Below the pieces are notes generated by a model, which was given only the letters and a program-made list of their open reading frames with translations, did no database searches and was not told the DNA's origin. Below are positions 13,921-28,054 of a stretch of DNA of 64,000 nucleotides, piece by piece (within the stretch, counting starts at the first letter, position 1; each line of letters begins with the position of its first letter). Source of the stretch: Veleropilina oligotropha (taxonomy: Eukaryota). The translations under genes and the position numbers were made by a program. The DNA is taken from positions 62,001-126,000 of the forward strand of contig JBEUKZ010000102.1 in NCBI GenBank assembly GCA_048128005.1. The letters are read 5' to 3'.

Positions 13921-16900
13921 TAATTTCATCCATCCATCTTTGGACCAACATTTTAATGATTACTTAATCGATGTTATAGATCCCCTGACAACTGCTTTTC
14001 GGCATACGGCCATGGCAACGTAATAATAATATACAACGGAATTGGTTTCAAGTCCAACGTAATCTTTTCTACCCACCTTTAATATTGTTATCTTTTTATC
14101 TGTTTTTAAGCGATCATCATTTCATAACATATATATTGAATATCCACGTCATATATGTAAATTGTAAAGTTTTACCACCGCAAGCACGCAACTTTTGAGC
14201 TAACGCAAACAGCCCAATGCAAAAGTCACATATTGTCATATTTTTACGAAAGTGGCACTTCGGATTATTTCTATTGTGAAATTTTGTCATGTTATTTTGA
14301 AGACATTTCCTGCTCTTTTGTGATATCTTTGGCGGTTGAAAATTGGTATTGATCGTTGTTTGATTATCCTTGGTGATCAGCGTTGATACGCGATATGCCA
14401 TGATCAAGTCCCCGTATATGTAACCATCTGTCGCTCAATGTTTGTTACCGATGACATTGTAGCTGTTGCGTAGGAGCTAATGCATCATCACCGCGTGTCT
14501 ATTTGTTCTACACTATTTGCTATTTCAAAAAGGCCACCCGCCTATTCTTCTTTGTCAATAATTCCCATTTCACGACACATTGTAATCCGAATCAATATAT
14601 CTAATTAGGAAACTGAAATAAACTCGGCTATTATTTATATATCCCCCACTGTAGATTTAGTTATTGATATGTTGGTTCCGTTTAATCATATTTAATGCCC
14701 ATTTCTCGGTAGTCGCATTATGGGTATTCTGTATCACGCTTTGTCCACACAAGTGGTCAACAGATGGCGGGATAATTAGTTTTGGTCAAGAATAGGAACC
14801 CGTTTCTGCTGGGGCCATCAAAGATTTGTAGGTAATGAAAACACGACGCAAACGCCAGCTCTGTGGGTGACAATTCTCAGATCCCCGGAGACTTAAAGAG
14901 AGAGTGGCTGTATTCATTATAAAAATTCATTTTCTAACCATATCGTATGTCAAATGGCAAATATAAGCACTGCCAAGAGTTCATTATAACAAGTCGATTA
15001 CTTATGATTGAGTTTGTTTTGACTTATGTTTGCAACGTGTGGTCCGAATATTTCACGATATCTTAGAAATCAGCGAAGGCATGGAAACGAATGTCCCCAA
15101 CTACTCGTTGAAGCGCACCTCTCGTTGTAATCTCATGCTTGGTGTGTTACCGCGTGTGAAAATAGTCAGCATTTACTTTTATCCCGATTCGATGTTCTCA
15201 GATCAAAATCTCTTGAAAAGAAATCAACTGGGATCATAGTTGTATCCGCACATTTGACATGTTTCGGATGTCACTCGATAATCGAACACCTGCGATATAC
15301 ATATACTTTTCTCAATCCAAGATATATTTTCAGATGTTCTTCCTGCCTCATAGCAGTAACATGATGCATCCCACTTCATCCTTTCAAGTAACCTGAAGAA
15401 TTTGAATGGCGTTCATGTCCATGCTTTTAACCTGTCAATACACTCTCACATGCATTAGAAGGTCAACATATCTAATTGAAAATTGATCGTGTCTGGCAAC
15501 AAAAGTAGATCGAACACGTGTTTGGTGTCCGGGATACGTTCACGCTTGTTATAATAATAATAATAAACTTTATTTTAACTCGATAGCCTTGTAGGTATAA
15601 GCCTATTTTCTTAAGGGTCGCTTGTTGGATGTTAGATGCCACATTTCTGCTGTTCCAGTCCAGATATTGTTCATATCAATTATTATTTTGTAACAATGAC
15701 CAATACACATTGTAAAGTGGATCGGCATCTTATCTGTTGGAACCACGGATTCGGCTAAAACTTCGCTTTTACTAGTTATGTGAATGTGTCTAAGTTAACT
15801 TAAGTAGGACACCATTGGAATTGTTATAAAGTAACATTACCAAAACATTTCAGCTTTAATATAGACTTTTTATTAATTCAAAGAACGACATGGATTTTAA
15901 ACCAGGAATGTAAATTTCACCAAGGAGACCATTCTTCCCCGTATTGTCATATACTCCTCAAATGTTAGTGTTTTTTTTTAGATCTTTTGCTAACTGTGCA
16001 CTTTCCATTTATTGCAATTCACAAACAATGCAAAAGCTAGTTACTAATTAAATCGGGTTCATTCCACCTTTATACGATATTTACCATCAGTAGCTATAGT
16101 TGCCCAAACAGCTATCATTTGATGACAATCGATGAAATTACGTAATGGCAAATGAACTCTTCAAAATTAACAATATTAGCGTACGTTATAATAAGCGAGG
16201 TGTAAAGGGTATACATATGGGGATATATACTGAGCACCACTGCTTCTGATATGCATTCAGATGAGGATTCTGTATCCAAATTGGCCTCCACATACGATAT
16301 ACAGATGGATATTAAACACAAATCGGAAAGATATATTAAGGCCACAATGAGGTCCAGATTCTGGCATAATCGCTGAGCAATAATCATCCATGTATAAACA
16401 TTCATGTACTATGTGAAAATCCCCAAATAACGTCAACAGAATAGTTGAAGTCAAGATTATCATTAACACCATTATTATAAATTTGGTTTTACGAAAAAAA
16501 TATGGTAGCCAATGACTAAAACAAATGTAAAATGAATATGTCATTTTGTACCACCCACGAAACGTTTACAAGCATCTATCCACTGTCCAATGATTATTTA
16601 TTTGACTGCAAACGTCATTTGCATGTGACAGTAGACGCAATGGCATATTATTATTGCCAATTATGGGCACAGGTTATCGAATTAATAAATAAATCAAGCA
16701 AACCACTAAGGTTATTTGACAAGAGGTGAAAGGATGTCCGCATTGTTATTTGTTCAAAGTTCAAGTGTCACTGTTTTCTAATAGTTAATGTCGCCCATGT
16801 ATCCTTACCAACATTTCCATACGACGTGACTGACGTCACATGTCATGTACCACATTCCTTGTTGGCGCTTCAGACCAAACAATTATAAATAATTATGTTA

Positions 16901-18759
16901 TGGAAATTGAATCTCGCATTCGCTGCACAATAAATTAATGTAGATCAAGTGCATTTATTATTGCATTCATTCCTCTGGTCGCTAATTTAAATTGCAACCA
17001 TGAGTGATGTTATAACAAGCTGAACCATTGACATGACCGAGAACTGCACCCGGCAATACTCGATCATAATATATTCATATACCAATAACGTCATAGTCAT
17101 TCTCATTGTTTAAAATACTCCATAGGCATTTGTGAATAAAAGTACACTTTGCTCCGTCATAAATAGCCGATGAAATGATGATTATCATATATATATATAT
17201 TAGGCCATGGGCCAGGTATGGTTTATCTGCACACCCCTCCCCCACAACCCTCCGACCCCGTGTTTTTCTGGACCATTGGGGTCCCCTGGGGTGGAAATCA
17301 ACTGGTAACAGTGAATACACTGGGATGAACTATCCATTTGGGAGCTATATTTGATGGTACCCTAAAGACATCGATTTTTTCGTCTTTGTCGCGTCATATT
17401 CAACACTCTTGTTCTTTTCAGTTTCTAAAGTGGTTAATATTGCTCTATAGCAAAACTGTATGCATCAAAAGAAAGCTGGCCAACTGCTGACCATCATAAA
17501 ATATTCATATTGCAGATTTAATGGATTATTGGTTGTCAAAACGGGGTTGAATGGCAGTACCCCAACCCCCTTTTTCATCTTAGCAGAATGGACCAAAATA
17601 TTTCAGCTTTTACAAGTTATATATATATATATATATATAATAAGAGTGCATAACCCCAAATATACACGAATAAATAGTTTTCTAGCATTCTACATTATCC
17701 CAGCTTTCATATGATACCAGAAACATCTCCATAGCTCCCAAATACTATTTGATACAGCATCTCAAAGATACCGCCGGTTCATCAAAAATAGACACCTGAT
17801 GCCACAATTTTTCTAACCGCTTCTGTTGCAAACTATATTAGAACTGCACATATATCTTATTAAATTTAAATATATTATTGATTTTGTAGGTATGGGACCA
17901 GGTATTGTGTAAGTGCACCCCATTCACATACAACCCCACCCCCCGGTCCCATGTTTTTCTGCATTGGGGTTGGATAGCAGAACCCTACTTTTTCGTTGTA
18001 ATGTGGAAGCGACTACAATATTTCAGCTTGTACAAGTTATATATATATACAAAAATAACAGTACATAACGCCTTATATGCATGAATTAATAGGTTTCTAG
18101 CATTCTACATTATCCCAGCTTTCAATTGATACCAGAAACATCACCATAGCTCCAAAATCATATTTGATACTGTATCTCACAGATATCCCTGGTTCATCGA
18201 AAATGTTCGCCAGATGCCACAATTTTCCTTTTCTAACCGCTTCTGTTGCAAACTAGACTAGAACTGTATTTATATTTTATTTTAATATATTATTGATTTG
18301 CAGGAAAGAAGACCAGTATATGCACCCCCCCCCCCCACACACACACAACCGTCCAACCCCATAATTATTCTGGCGCCATATTCAACACTCTTGTTCTTTC
18401 TGTGTCTGTGATGGTTAATATTGCATTATAGCAAAAATGCATACATCAAAGAAAATGTTGTCATCTTATAATTATCATAAAATGTTTATATAGCAAATTT
18501 AATGGGTTATTGCTTGTCGTAACTGGGGTTGAATAGCAATATTACCCCACTTTTTTTCTTCGTAATGCGGAAAAGACTAAAATATTTCAGATTGTAGTTA
18601 TGTATATAAAATAAGATTACATAACACCTTATATGCACGAGTAAATAATTTTCTATTATGCTGCATTATCCCAGCTTACAATTGATATCACAATAGCCCC
18701 AAATCCACTTATGTTACAGTATATGTATCAAGGCACCAAAGTTAGTCAAAGCACACATA

Positions 18760-20290
18760 CAGCACTCAGAAGTCATCGGAGCACCACACATCACCTCGCA
18801 ACACAGTGTGTCAAAGAATGCCGGCAGCAACTGTTCGAAGGAATATAGGGCCATGCAGATTTTAGCAAGATTTGCGGCATGTGCACTTGCCAAACGATTG
18901 CCATAGGCCGTCCGTGGCGTGTAAGGCATCGACCCCCCCTCTCGGATCTCTGAATGGAGAAGAAATCAACGACCACGAGAAACAGATGACCAGATGGGTT
19001 ACTGTATTCTCGTGAAACGTTGATCTCCGACTCCACCCTTAGCATAAAAATAAATTGCCCATCTTGGAGGATCCGGATGAGGTACCTTCACTAGAAGAGC
19101 CGAGCGATGTCATGGACGCCTTCCCATTGGTAAATGCTCCAGGCAGCGACAACATCCCACTTGAAGCCACTAAATGTAAAACCTGCCCTGTTTCTCTTCA
19201 TTCTCTGTGTCTGCTGTGATAAAGGAGCAGTCCTCCAAGACATGCGGAACGCTATGGCCCATCGTGAGGAGCTACAAGAATAATTGTGATCGCACCAACG
19301 TTAACAACTACAAAGAAATATCCCCACTGAGCATTGTTAACAAAGTGTATGGCCACGTCCTCCTCAATATACTGCAGATGTTCGTGGACCGCATCTACCC
19401 AGATTCCCAGGGCAGGCAGGTCGACGACCGACATGATCTTCTCCCTCCGCCAGCTCCAGTGGAAGAGTAGAGAACAAGGCCAGTCGCTCTATATGATGCT
19501 GTTTCGACCTTGTCAGCAGGAAGGTCTTATGTGAACTCCCCAGGAAGATGGGCAGACCTCAAAGCTGCACAGTATCATCCTGCATGATGATCTCATTTCA
19601 TGCTGACATGATGAGAGCAGTCCCATATTATGGTTTCTCCTCAGACTTCTTCCCCATCAGCAACGGAGCCAAGCAAGGCTGATTGCTAGCGCAGACCCTC
19701 TTCTGGATAGTTTTCTCTCATCCTGACATATGCCTTCCACTGACGGCGTCAATCTGCAAACCAGGTCGGGTGGGAAGTTACTCAATCTGACACGACTGCG
19801 TTCGAAGACCAAGGTCGGGATGGTACTCATCAGGAGATGCTTTTGGCCGATGATGCAGCCTCGTGGGCCACACCGAGGATGTCCTCAAGAGACCAAGCGA
19901 CGGCTTTGCTGATGCATGCATGTAGTCTGAGCTCACTATCAGCTGATGACGTGCGTCATGGTACAAAATGTCACTAATCCTCTCCCCATCACCATCGACA
20001 GCGTTATCCTTGAAGATGGAGACAGATTTATTTGCCTGGGGTCTACCATTAGCAACAGCCTCTCACTCGGTGTCGAACTCAACCATCGACTCCGGAAGGT
20101 TAACACCATCATGTCCATGCTGACAAAGAGGGTTTGGGAAAACAAAGAGCTGACAGAACACTCCAAGACCGAGTGTATCATTCCTGCATCCTCAGTACCT
20201 TACAGAATGGAAGCGAAACCTGGACCACATGCATGAGGCAAACACGTCGGCTCAACTCATTCCATATGCGATGCCCCGAAGGGCATCCTC
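18760..20290 (+). pseudogene. Decayed RTE (BovB/RTE-1-like) reverse transcriptase
   Basis: Fragments NNYKEISPLSIVNKVYGHVLLN, GRSTTDMIFSLRQLQWKSREQ, LLNLTRLRSKTKV and FICLGSTISNSLSLGVELNHRL; many frameshifts and stops. Confidence 0.85.
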
Positions 20291-20308
20291 GGTGTAGGTC
20301 ATGAGGGC

Positions 20309-21020
20309 TTATAGAGCGGCGGGCCTTGTTCTCTAATCTTCTCCTGAAGCTGGGAGAGGGGGGGGGGTCATGTTAGTCATCGACAGGCCTACCATAAAGT
20401 CGCACACTGGGATTCTGGGTAGACGAGGTCCACGAGCAGCTGCTTATATTGAGGAGGACGCGGGCATACACTTTGCCAACGATGCTTAGGAGGGATAATC
20501 CCCTGTAGTTGTTGAAGTAGCTGCGATCGCCTTTCCTCGTCACGATGGTGGCGTTTCGCATGTCCTGGGGTACTGCTCTTTATCCCAGCAGAGACAGAGA
20601 AGGGACTGAAGTAGGACAGCTTTTCCGTGCTTTGTGGCCTCAGGTGGGATGTTGTCGCTGCCTGGAGCATTTTCCGTTGGGAGGGCGTCGATGACATCGC
20701 TCGGCTAGCACCTCATCCGGATCCTCCATGATCTGCAATTCTTTTGTGATGCTAAGGACGGCGTCGAAGATCAACGTTTCACGAGAATACAGTAACCCAT
20801 CTGGCCATCTGTTTCTCGCGGTCGTTGATCTCTTGTCCATTCAGAAATCTGAGAGGGGGGGGGGGGTCGATGCCTTGCACATCACGGAAGATCCTATAGC
20901 AATTGTTTTGCAATTGTACATGCCGCAAATGTTGATAGAATCTGCACTGCGCTATATTCCTTCGAACAGTTGTTGCCGGTATTCGTTGGCACACTGTCTT
21001 GCGATATCCGTGATACGTAT
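20309..21020 (-). pseudogene. Inverted second copy of the 5' part of the same RTE fragment
   Basis: MRNATIVTRKGDRSYFNNYRGLSLLSIVGKVYARVLLN; mirrors 18790-19493. Confidence 0.85.
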
Positions 21021-23275
21021 ACTGTAACAAAAGGGTTGAGGCTATTGTGATATCAAATGAAAGTTGGGATAATGCAGAATGAATTATGATAGAAAGTTAT
21101 TTACTCATGCATATAAGATGTTATGTACTCTTATTTTAAATACATAAAGTTCTACAAGCTGAAATATTTTAGTCATTTCCGCATTACGATGAGAAAAAAT
21201 GGGGTAATATTGCTATTCAACCCCAGTTACGACAAGCAATAATCCATTAAATCTGCCATTTGAACATTTTATGATAATTATAAGATGACAAGATTTTCTT
21301 TGATGTATGCATGTTTGCTATAATTCAATTAACCATCACAGACACTGAGAGAACAAGAGTGTTGAATATGGCGCCAGAAAAAATATGGGGTCGGACGGTT
21401 GTGTGTGTGTGTTATACCTGGTCCTTTTTCCTGCAAATCAATAATATCTTAAAATAAAATATAAATACAGTTCTAGTCTAGTTTGAAACAGAAGCGGTTA
21501 GCAAAAGAAAATTGTGGCATCTGTCGAACATTTTTATGAACCGGGGGTATCTGTGAGATACAGTATCAAATATGACTTTGGAGCTATGGTGACGTTTCTG
21601 GTATCAATTGAAAGCTGGGATAATGTAGAATGCTAGAAACCTATTAATTCATGCATATAAGGCGTTATGTACTCTTATTTTTGTATATATATATAATTTG
21701 TACAAGCAGAAATATTGTAGTCGCTTCCACATTACAACGAAAAAGTAGGGTTCCGCTATTCAACCCCAATTCAGAAAACATGGGATCGGGGGGGGGTGTT
21801 ATATGTGAATGGGGTGCACTTACACCATACCTGGTCCCATCCCTACAAAATCAATAATTTATTTAATAAGATATATGTGCAGTTCTAATATAGTTTGCAA
21901 CAAAAGCGGTTAGAAAAATGAAAATTGTGGCATCAGGTGTCCATTTTTGATGAACCGGCGGTATCTTTGAGATGCTGTATCAAATAGTATTTGGGAGCTA
22001 TGGAGATGTTTCTGGTATCAAATAAAAGCTGGGATACTGTATAATGCTAGAAAACTATTTATTCGTGTATAGTGGGGGTTATGCACCCTTATTATATATA
22101 TATATATAACTTGTAAAAGCTGAAATACTTTGGTCCATTCTGCTAAGATGAAAAAGGGGGTTGGGTTACTGCCATTCAACCCCTGTTTTGACAACCAATA
22201 ATCAATTAAATCTGCAATATGAATGTTTTATTATGGTCAGTAGTTGATCAGCTTTCTTGTGATGCCTATACAGTGTTGCTATAGAGCAATATTAACCTCT
22301 TTAGAAACTGAAAAGAACAAGCGTGTTGAATATGATGCGACAGAGACGAAAAAATCGATGTTTTGAGGGTACCATCAAATATAGCTTCCAAATGGATAGA
22401 TCATCCCAGTTTATTCACTGTTACCAGTTGATTTCCACCTCAGGGGACGCTAATGGTCCAGAAAAACCACGGGTTTTGAACCTCATTTATGCGTGGACGA
22501 TTATAAAGGAACGTTTGTTAAACACATATATAACACCGTTGAGTGATTATTGTGCAGTAAAGTACATTTTTGTAGGATAATAATTGCAATACATAATATT
22601 TCGTAATAATATTAACATAGTTTGTATGAATATCATGTTGACGTCATTTTTAGAAAGTCTTTGAATTAGAGGATCGTCCGGACAATTATTCCGGCTTGCT
22701 AAAACGGCGAAGAGCTGGATACGGGTCAAAATTGCATTAAACCAAGAAACCATTATGACAAATTTCAACCGTATTTGTCTCGCCAGGTTGATGGAGTTTT
22801 ATTTGTGTTAACGGAAAGTCGCTTGTCGGATGATAACATCGCATCCATCTGATAGATCGATCCACGAAACACCCGTCTGCGTATTATCTTTTGATCCAGA
22901 CGGTATTCATTTTCTTAGCTGGTTACAGTTAGACGACGTCTTCGGCGAAAGCTTCATGCAAACATACTATAATTTATTTTGATAAAAGCATCTAACCCAA
23001 TAACACTTATTCGCGAGATGTGTTCAAAGTGCAATGTTGATTCGGTTGGCGGCCAACGATTCTAATTTTTACATCAATCCGAAATATGAACATGTGCTTT
23101 TGGAAAGTATTTGTTTTATAGATTTTCTCCGTTCTTTGTTGCCATCATATAGAGACGATATGACATTCCTTGAAACGTCGGAATGACAGTCATTCATGTA
23201 ATCAAAATACGACCCAAAACACTTAAACTATGATAATTTCTTTAACATTATTAATGTTCACCTATAATTGAGTAT

Positions 23276-23775
23276 TAATTGTATCCCCCCCCCCCCCGAA
23301 GCGAAAATGTCGGGGATACTATGGTTTAGCGTTCGTTACGCCGCCGCGTCCGCCGAGAGATTCCTCGTGATCGCTCTATACATGCTATTTCTTAACGGAA
23401 TGTTTTCAAATTTGGTATCTTCATTGGTTGAGGAGAGGAAACGAAACCTATAGATTCTGGGTGTGGTCCGACCTCCAAGATGGCTGCCACGGCCACCATA
23501 ATTGCTTGTTATCGCTCTAGACAGGCCATTTCTTAACGGAATGTTTTCAAATTTGATATGAGCATTGGTTGTGGCGAGGGCACGACACCTAAATATTTTG
23601 GGTGTGATCCAACCTCCAAGATGGTCGCCACCGCCACCATAATTGCTTGTGATCGCTCTAGACAGGTCATTTCTTAACGGAATGTTTTCAAATTTGGTAT
23701 GTGCATTGGTTGACTCGAGGTGAGTGGATTACCGGGGGATACATATATGGTCATTCGTGACTGAGCGTTCTTGTT
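23276..23775 (+). mobile_element. Helentron-associated (HINE/DINE-1-like) element, core type A
   Basis: 5' taattgtatcccc...cggggatac inverted pair, ~140-bp tandem cores (ttcttaacggaatgttttcaaatttggtat), 3' ggggatac plus gtca..tgac stem-loop and cttgtt end. Confidence 0.75.
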
Positions 23776-25200
23776 TGAAGAAATTTCTTGTATGAGCTCT
23801 ACAGTGAAAAGTTATTATCCGATTTGATTGATATTTTGTATGCACGTTCGTTATGATGAGGACACGCCATCTAACGATTTTCGTCGTTTTCGGATCCAAG
23901 ATGGCCGCCGCGGTGTCCATTTTGTTTCGAGAGATTTTTTGTGTGAAACGTTATTATCCGATTTGATTAATATTTGGTATGCACGTTTGTTATGATGATA
24001 ACATGCCGCCTAAATATTTTCGTCGTTTTCGAATCCAAGATGGCCGCCATGGCGGCCATTTTGTATGACGAGATTTCTTGTGCGCACTATACAGTGAAAA
24101 GTTATTATTAATTGTATCCCCGAATTTTACCATTTCGGGGATAGTATGGTTTATGAATCGTTCAGCCGCCGCAGAGATTTCTCGTGTGCGCTATACAGTG
24201 ACAAGTTCTAAACCGATTTGATTCAAATATGGTAAACGCATTAGTTATGATGAGCACACGCCACCTAACGATTTTAGTCATTTTCCGATCAGAGATGGCC
24301 GCCGTGGCGGTCATTTTGTTTGGAGAGATTCCTTGTGAGATTCCTACAGTGAATTTTTTTAATCCGATTTGATTCAAATTTTGAATGCGTGTTAGTTATG
24401 ATGAGGATACACCACCTAACGATTTCAGTCCGTTTCAGATTCAAGATGGGCCCCCTTGGCGGCCATTTTCTTTGACGAGAATTCTTGTGCGCTCTCTACA
24501 GTGAAAAGTTCCAATCCGATTTGATCCAAATTTGGTATGCAAGTTAGTTATGATGAGGACACGTCGACTAACTATTATCGTCGTTTTCAGATCAAAGATG
24601 GCTGCCGTGGCGGCCATTTTGTTTGGAGAGATTTCATTTACGTGCTTTATAGTGAAATATTTTATTGCGATTTGATTCAAATTTGGTATGCGTGTTAGTT
24701 ATAATGAGGACACGCCGACTAACGAATTTTGCTACCGTTGGAGGGGGATACATCCCCTTGACTTTTCGGGTCGGGGATTCGCTTGTTTCAAATTTTATAT
24801 ACACGTTTGGTATGATGATGACACGCCGCATAATCTTTTGCGTTGTTTTTGTATTCAAGCTGGCCGTCGTGGTCGACATTTTGTTTGAAGAGATTTCTTG
24901 TATGCAATCTACAGTGAAAAGTTCTAATCCGATTTGATTCAAATTCGGTATGCACATTAGTTATAATGAGGACACGCCACCTAACGATGTTTGTCATTTT
25001 CAGATTCAAGATGGCTGTCGTGGCAGCCATTTTGTTTGACTAGATTTCTTGTGTGTGCTCTACTGTGAACTAAGTTTTTATTCGATTTGATACACACGTT
25101 TGGTACGGTGAGGACACGACGCCTATCGATTTTCACCATTTTCCTCTTTTTTCAGATTTAAAATTGGTTTCCAATTGCGGGGGTCGAGGATTCGAAAGTT
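23776..25200 (+). mobile_element. Nested HINE-like elements, core type B (~155-165-bp tandem repeats)
   Basis: Repeated ctacagtgaaaagtt..ccgatttgattcaaatttggtatgc..caagatggccgcc. A complete copy at 24109-24787 (ttgtatcccc..cggggata / ggggatac..cccttgac..gtcgggga) sits inside another array. Confidence 0.75.
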
Positions 25201-25286
25201 AATTATTTGTCATATCAACTTTCAATATTAAAAAAAGTATTCTGGCCCAATATAAAGTAGCATATATTGAAGATAATATATTATAC

Positions 25287-25429
25287 CACAGTCCCCGGAC
25301 GCTAGGCCCAAAAAACCCCGTTCTACGCAATGCCCCATATACTGATGTATATAACTATATATTATATACATCAGTATATGGGGCATTGCGTAGAACGGGG
25401 TTTTTTGGGCCTAGCGTCCGGGGACTGTG
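25287..25429. mobile_element. 143-bp perfect palindromic MITE, P-element/Galileo-like
   Basis: Two perfect 68-bp arms around a 7-nt spacer, CA...TG termini, and 7-bp TSD ATTATAC (25280-25286, 25430-25436). Confidence 0.85.
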
Positions 25430-26931
25430 ATTATACCTAACGATGCCAAATGAAGAAGCCACAGAGTGAGAAATTTTTCCGTTATAATGTAAGCTTCATT
25501 TGTATTTTGTAGTTCGACTTGCTATGATTTAAGTCTATATTATGTGGCATGTTGCTTAGGACGGTGCTTTTGAAGTAACACCATCAATTTATTGCACTGT
25601 AAATTCTTTAAAGGGTCACCTACACACTTTTACGGCGATAAAATTGACAGCCTCCCACTTTTTCGATCGACGCTATATCGATTTATAGAACTCCTTTTCC
25701 ACGCAACTGAGTGGCTACTTATAGTGCCGAGAAATACAAACATTGTTCGTGGAGACTGATATGTATTATTTGTTACTCTTTTGTATTAGAGTTAAGAAAT
25801 GTCGCAAATACCTCTTCAATGTCATTTTCGACAGTCTCCAAAACAGAGACGAGTTATTTCCCTTGCGTCCATCGATGTACCATGGCGCAGTCGGCGCATG
25901 CGTGGAGATTGATTTTCGACGGTTCCATATAGATCCGCGTTAACATTGGTCAATATATCTACTTAAATAACATATACGATATAACATTGGTTTGTTGTAC
26001 TGTTTCCAAGGATTTATATATACGTATAGCACCTAGCATATTTTCTTATGTAGCTAATGTCGATGCGGCCGGTGCCCACTTGAAGCAGCGTCATAAACCA
26101 AGTAGGATGGACATTTTATCGCCTCCTGTCCAGTATAAACGCATGGAACTTCAGAAGATACGTATTATCGACAACTGCCTCCGCGATAAGTGTCTTTGGA
26201 ATGCGCAAACATTTTGATGATCACCCATTCGCAAGCAGATCAACGATTTCAAGAGCACATTAAGATTTTCATGGTGTATTGTGTCGAGGTTGAGCGCATG
26301 TTATATTACTACTATAATATTAACTGGTATTCGAGTACTGCCCGTATGCATCAGATGGCCACCAGGTCGACGACACACATCATCCCACCCACCGTGAAGG
26401 TTTATTGCGCATATGTATCGCAGCAAAAGGCAACTGACCTATAATTATAAAACAGTAAATGTCGAACTAAATTTTCCGTTACTGTCGCCATGTCAGAAGC
26501 AGATTTTCGGCGAGTGTCACGGTTCAGTAAAATTGTCAACGATGTCTTCAATGCCACCGTGGATTCCACAGTGTCACCATTTACTACCAGTATTAGCGTT
26601 TATTACATTGTTCGTCAAAGACCAGATAAAAGTTAATTATATTCCTTGTATCTTTATGTAAAATAAATACGTCATCCACTCCATTCTTGTATTTCTTCCA
26701 TGCAATATGTATTTATACATCACACACATTTTGTGACGCACGCATTTATAAGTCACACCCATTTATAAGTCGCATATAAATTTATATATCAGGCGTATTT
26801 ATAAGTCACACGCATTTACAAGTCGTATAGTATTTATATTTCACTGTAATAATTCTTTTTCATTCATCTTGAATTCATTATGCCAACACAAATATTGTAT
26901 ACAAATGGCGACTAAACAACGAACTGCTTTC

Positions 26932-27882
26932 TAATTGTATCCCCGACACGAAAGCGTCGGGGATACTATGGTTTTGCGTCCGTAACGCCGACAGCTTCCT
27001 CGTTGTCGCTCTAGACAGGTCATATCTTAACGGAATGTTTTCAAATTTGGTATGTCCATTGGTTGTGGCGAGGACACGACACCTATAGATTTTGGGTTTG
27101 GTCCGACCTCCAAGATGGCCGCTGTGGCTTCCATCTTGGATTTTAAAGCATAATTCCTTGTGATCGGTCTATAGACCAGCCATTTCTTAACGGAATGCTT
27201 TCAAATTTGGTATGTGCATTGGTTGGGGCGAGGACACCACACTTTTATATTCCGGGTGTGGTCAGATAGCCAAGATGGCCGACGCCGAGAGATTCCTTGT
27301 GATTGCTCTAGACAGGCCATTTCTTAACGGAATGTTTTCAAATTTGGTATGTGCATTGGTTTGGATGAGAACAGGACACCTAGAGATTTTGGATGTGGTC
27401 CGACCTCCAAGATGACCGCTGTGGCCTCCATCTTGGATTTTAAAACATAATTCCTTGTGATCGCAAAAGACAGGTCATTACGTAATAGATAATACACTGC
27501 CAGCTTGAGGCGTTATATTTCACATAGCAGACCGAGTGAGAACGAGGCTGCTATGTTATAACGCCAAGGTGTGGCAGCTGTATTATCTGTTATAAACACC
27601 GCGGAAATGTATTGTTAATTGCAAGCTGTCACTCCTTAAAACATTCAATTGCCCAACATAGAGCGCTCTAGAGGTGTTATGAGAATTTCTCGGAAATTCG
27701 ACTCTTCCATTGGCAAGTTTCCATTCCGTTGTCCCTCAATTTAGTCTGGTCAGCTGGCCGAGTTAACCATTGTCAGAGAATAATGGGTCAATTAACACTA
27801 GGAGGCCTATTGTTCAAATAATTTTTCCCATGGTGTGTATCGGAGATACATATGCGGTCACTCGTGACTCAGCGGTCTAGTT
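26932..27882 (+). mobile_element. HINE-like element core type A, interrupted by a hairpin-bearing insertion (~27480-27830)
   Basis: taattgtatccccgac..gtcggggatac 5' end, three to four cores, and a 3' end ggagatacatatgcggtcactcgtgactcagcggtctagtt matching 23733-23775. Confidence 0.7.
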
Positions 27883-28054
27883 ATTTACGTATTGGTCATT
27901 GATAGATTCATTTACTTGTCACAACATGGATATCTAGTCCGATCGAACAAGCTCTTGATAGGCACTTTCAATCCCAAAACCCGAATCCTTACTTTTTTGC
28001 CAAAGATAGTATATGGCTTAATTTTGGGAACGGTGTGCATTATGGTTCAATTTA

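Larger units (their letters stand above)
17256..22473. mobile_element. 5.2-kb foldback (inverted repeat with ~2.2-kb arms)
   Basis: 17256-~19493 is the reverse complement of ~20309-22473 (e.g. gtggaaatcaactggtaacagtgaat / attcactgttaccagttgatttccac). Arms contain dispersed ~400-550-bp sub-repeats and an RTE fragment. Confidence 0.9.
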
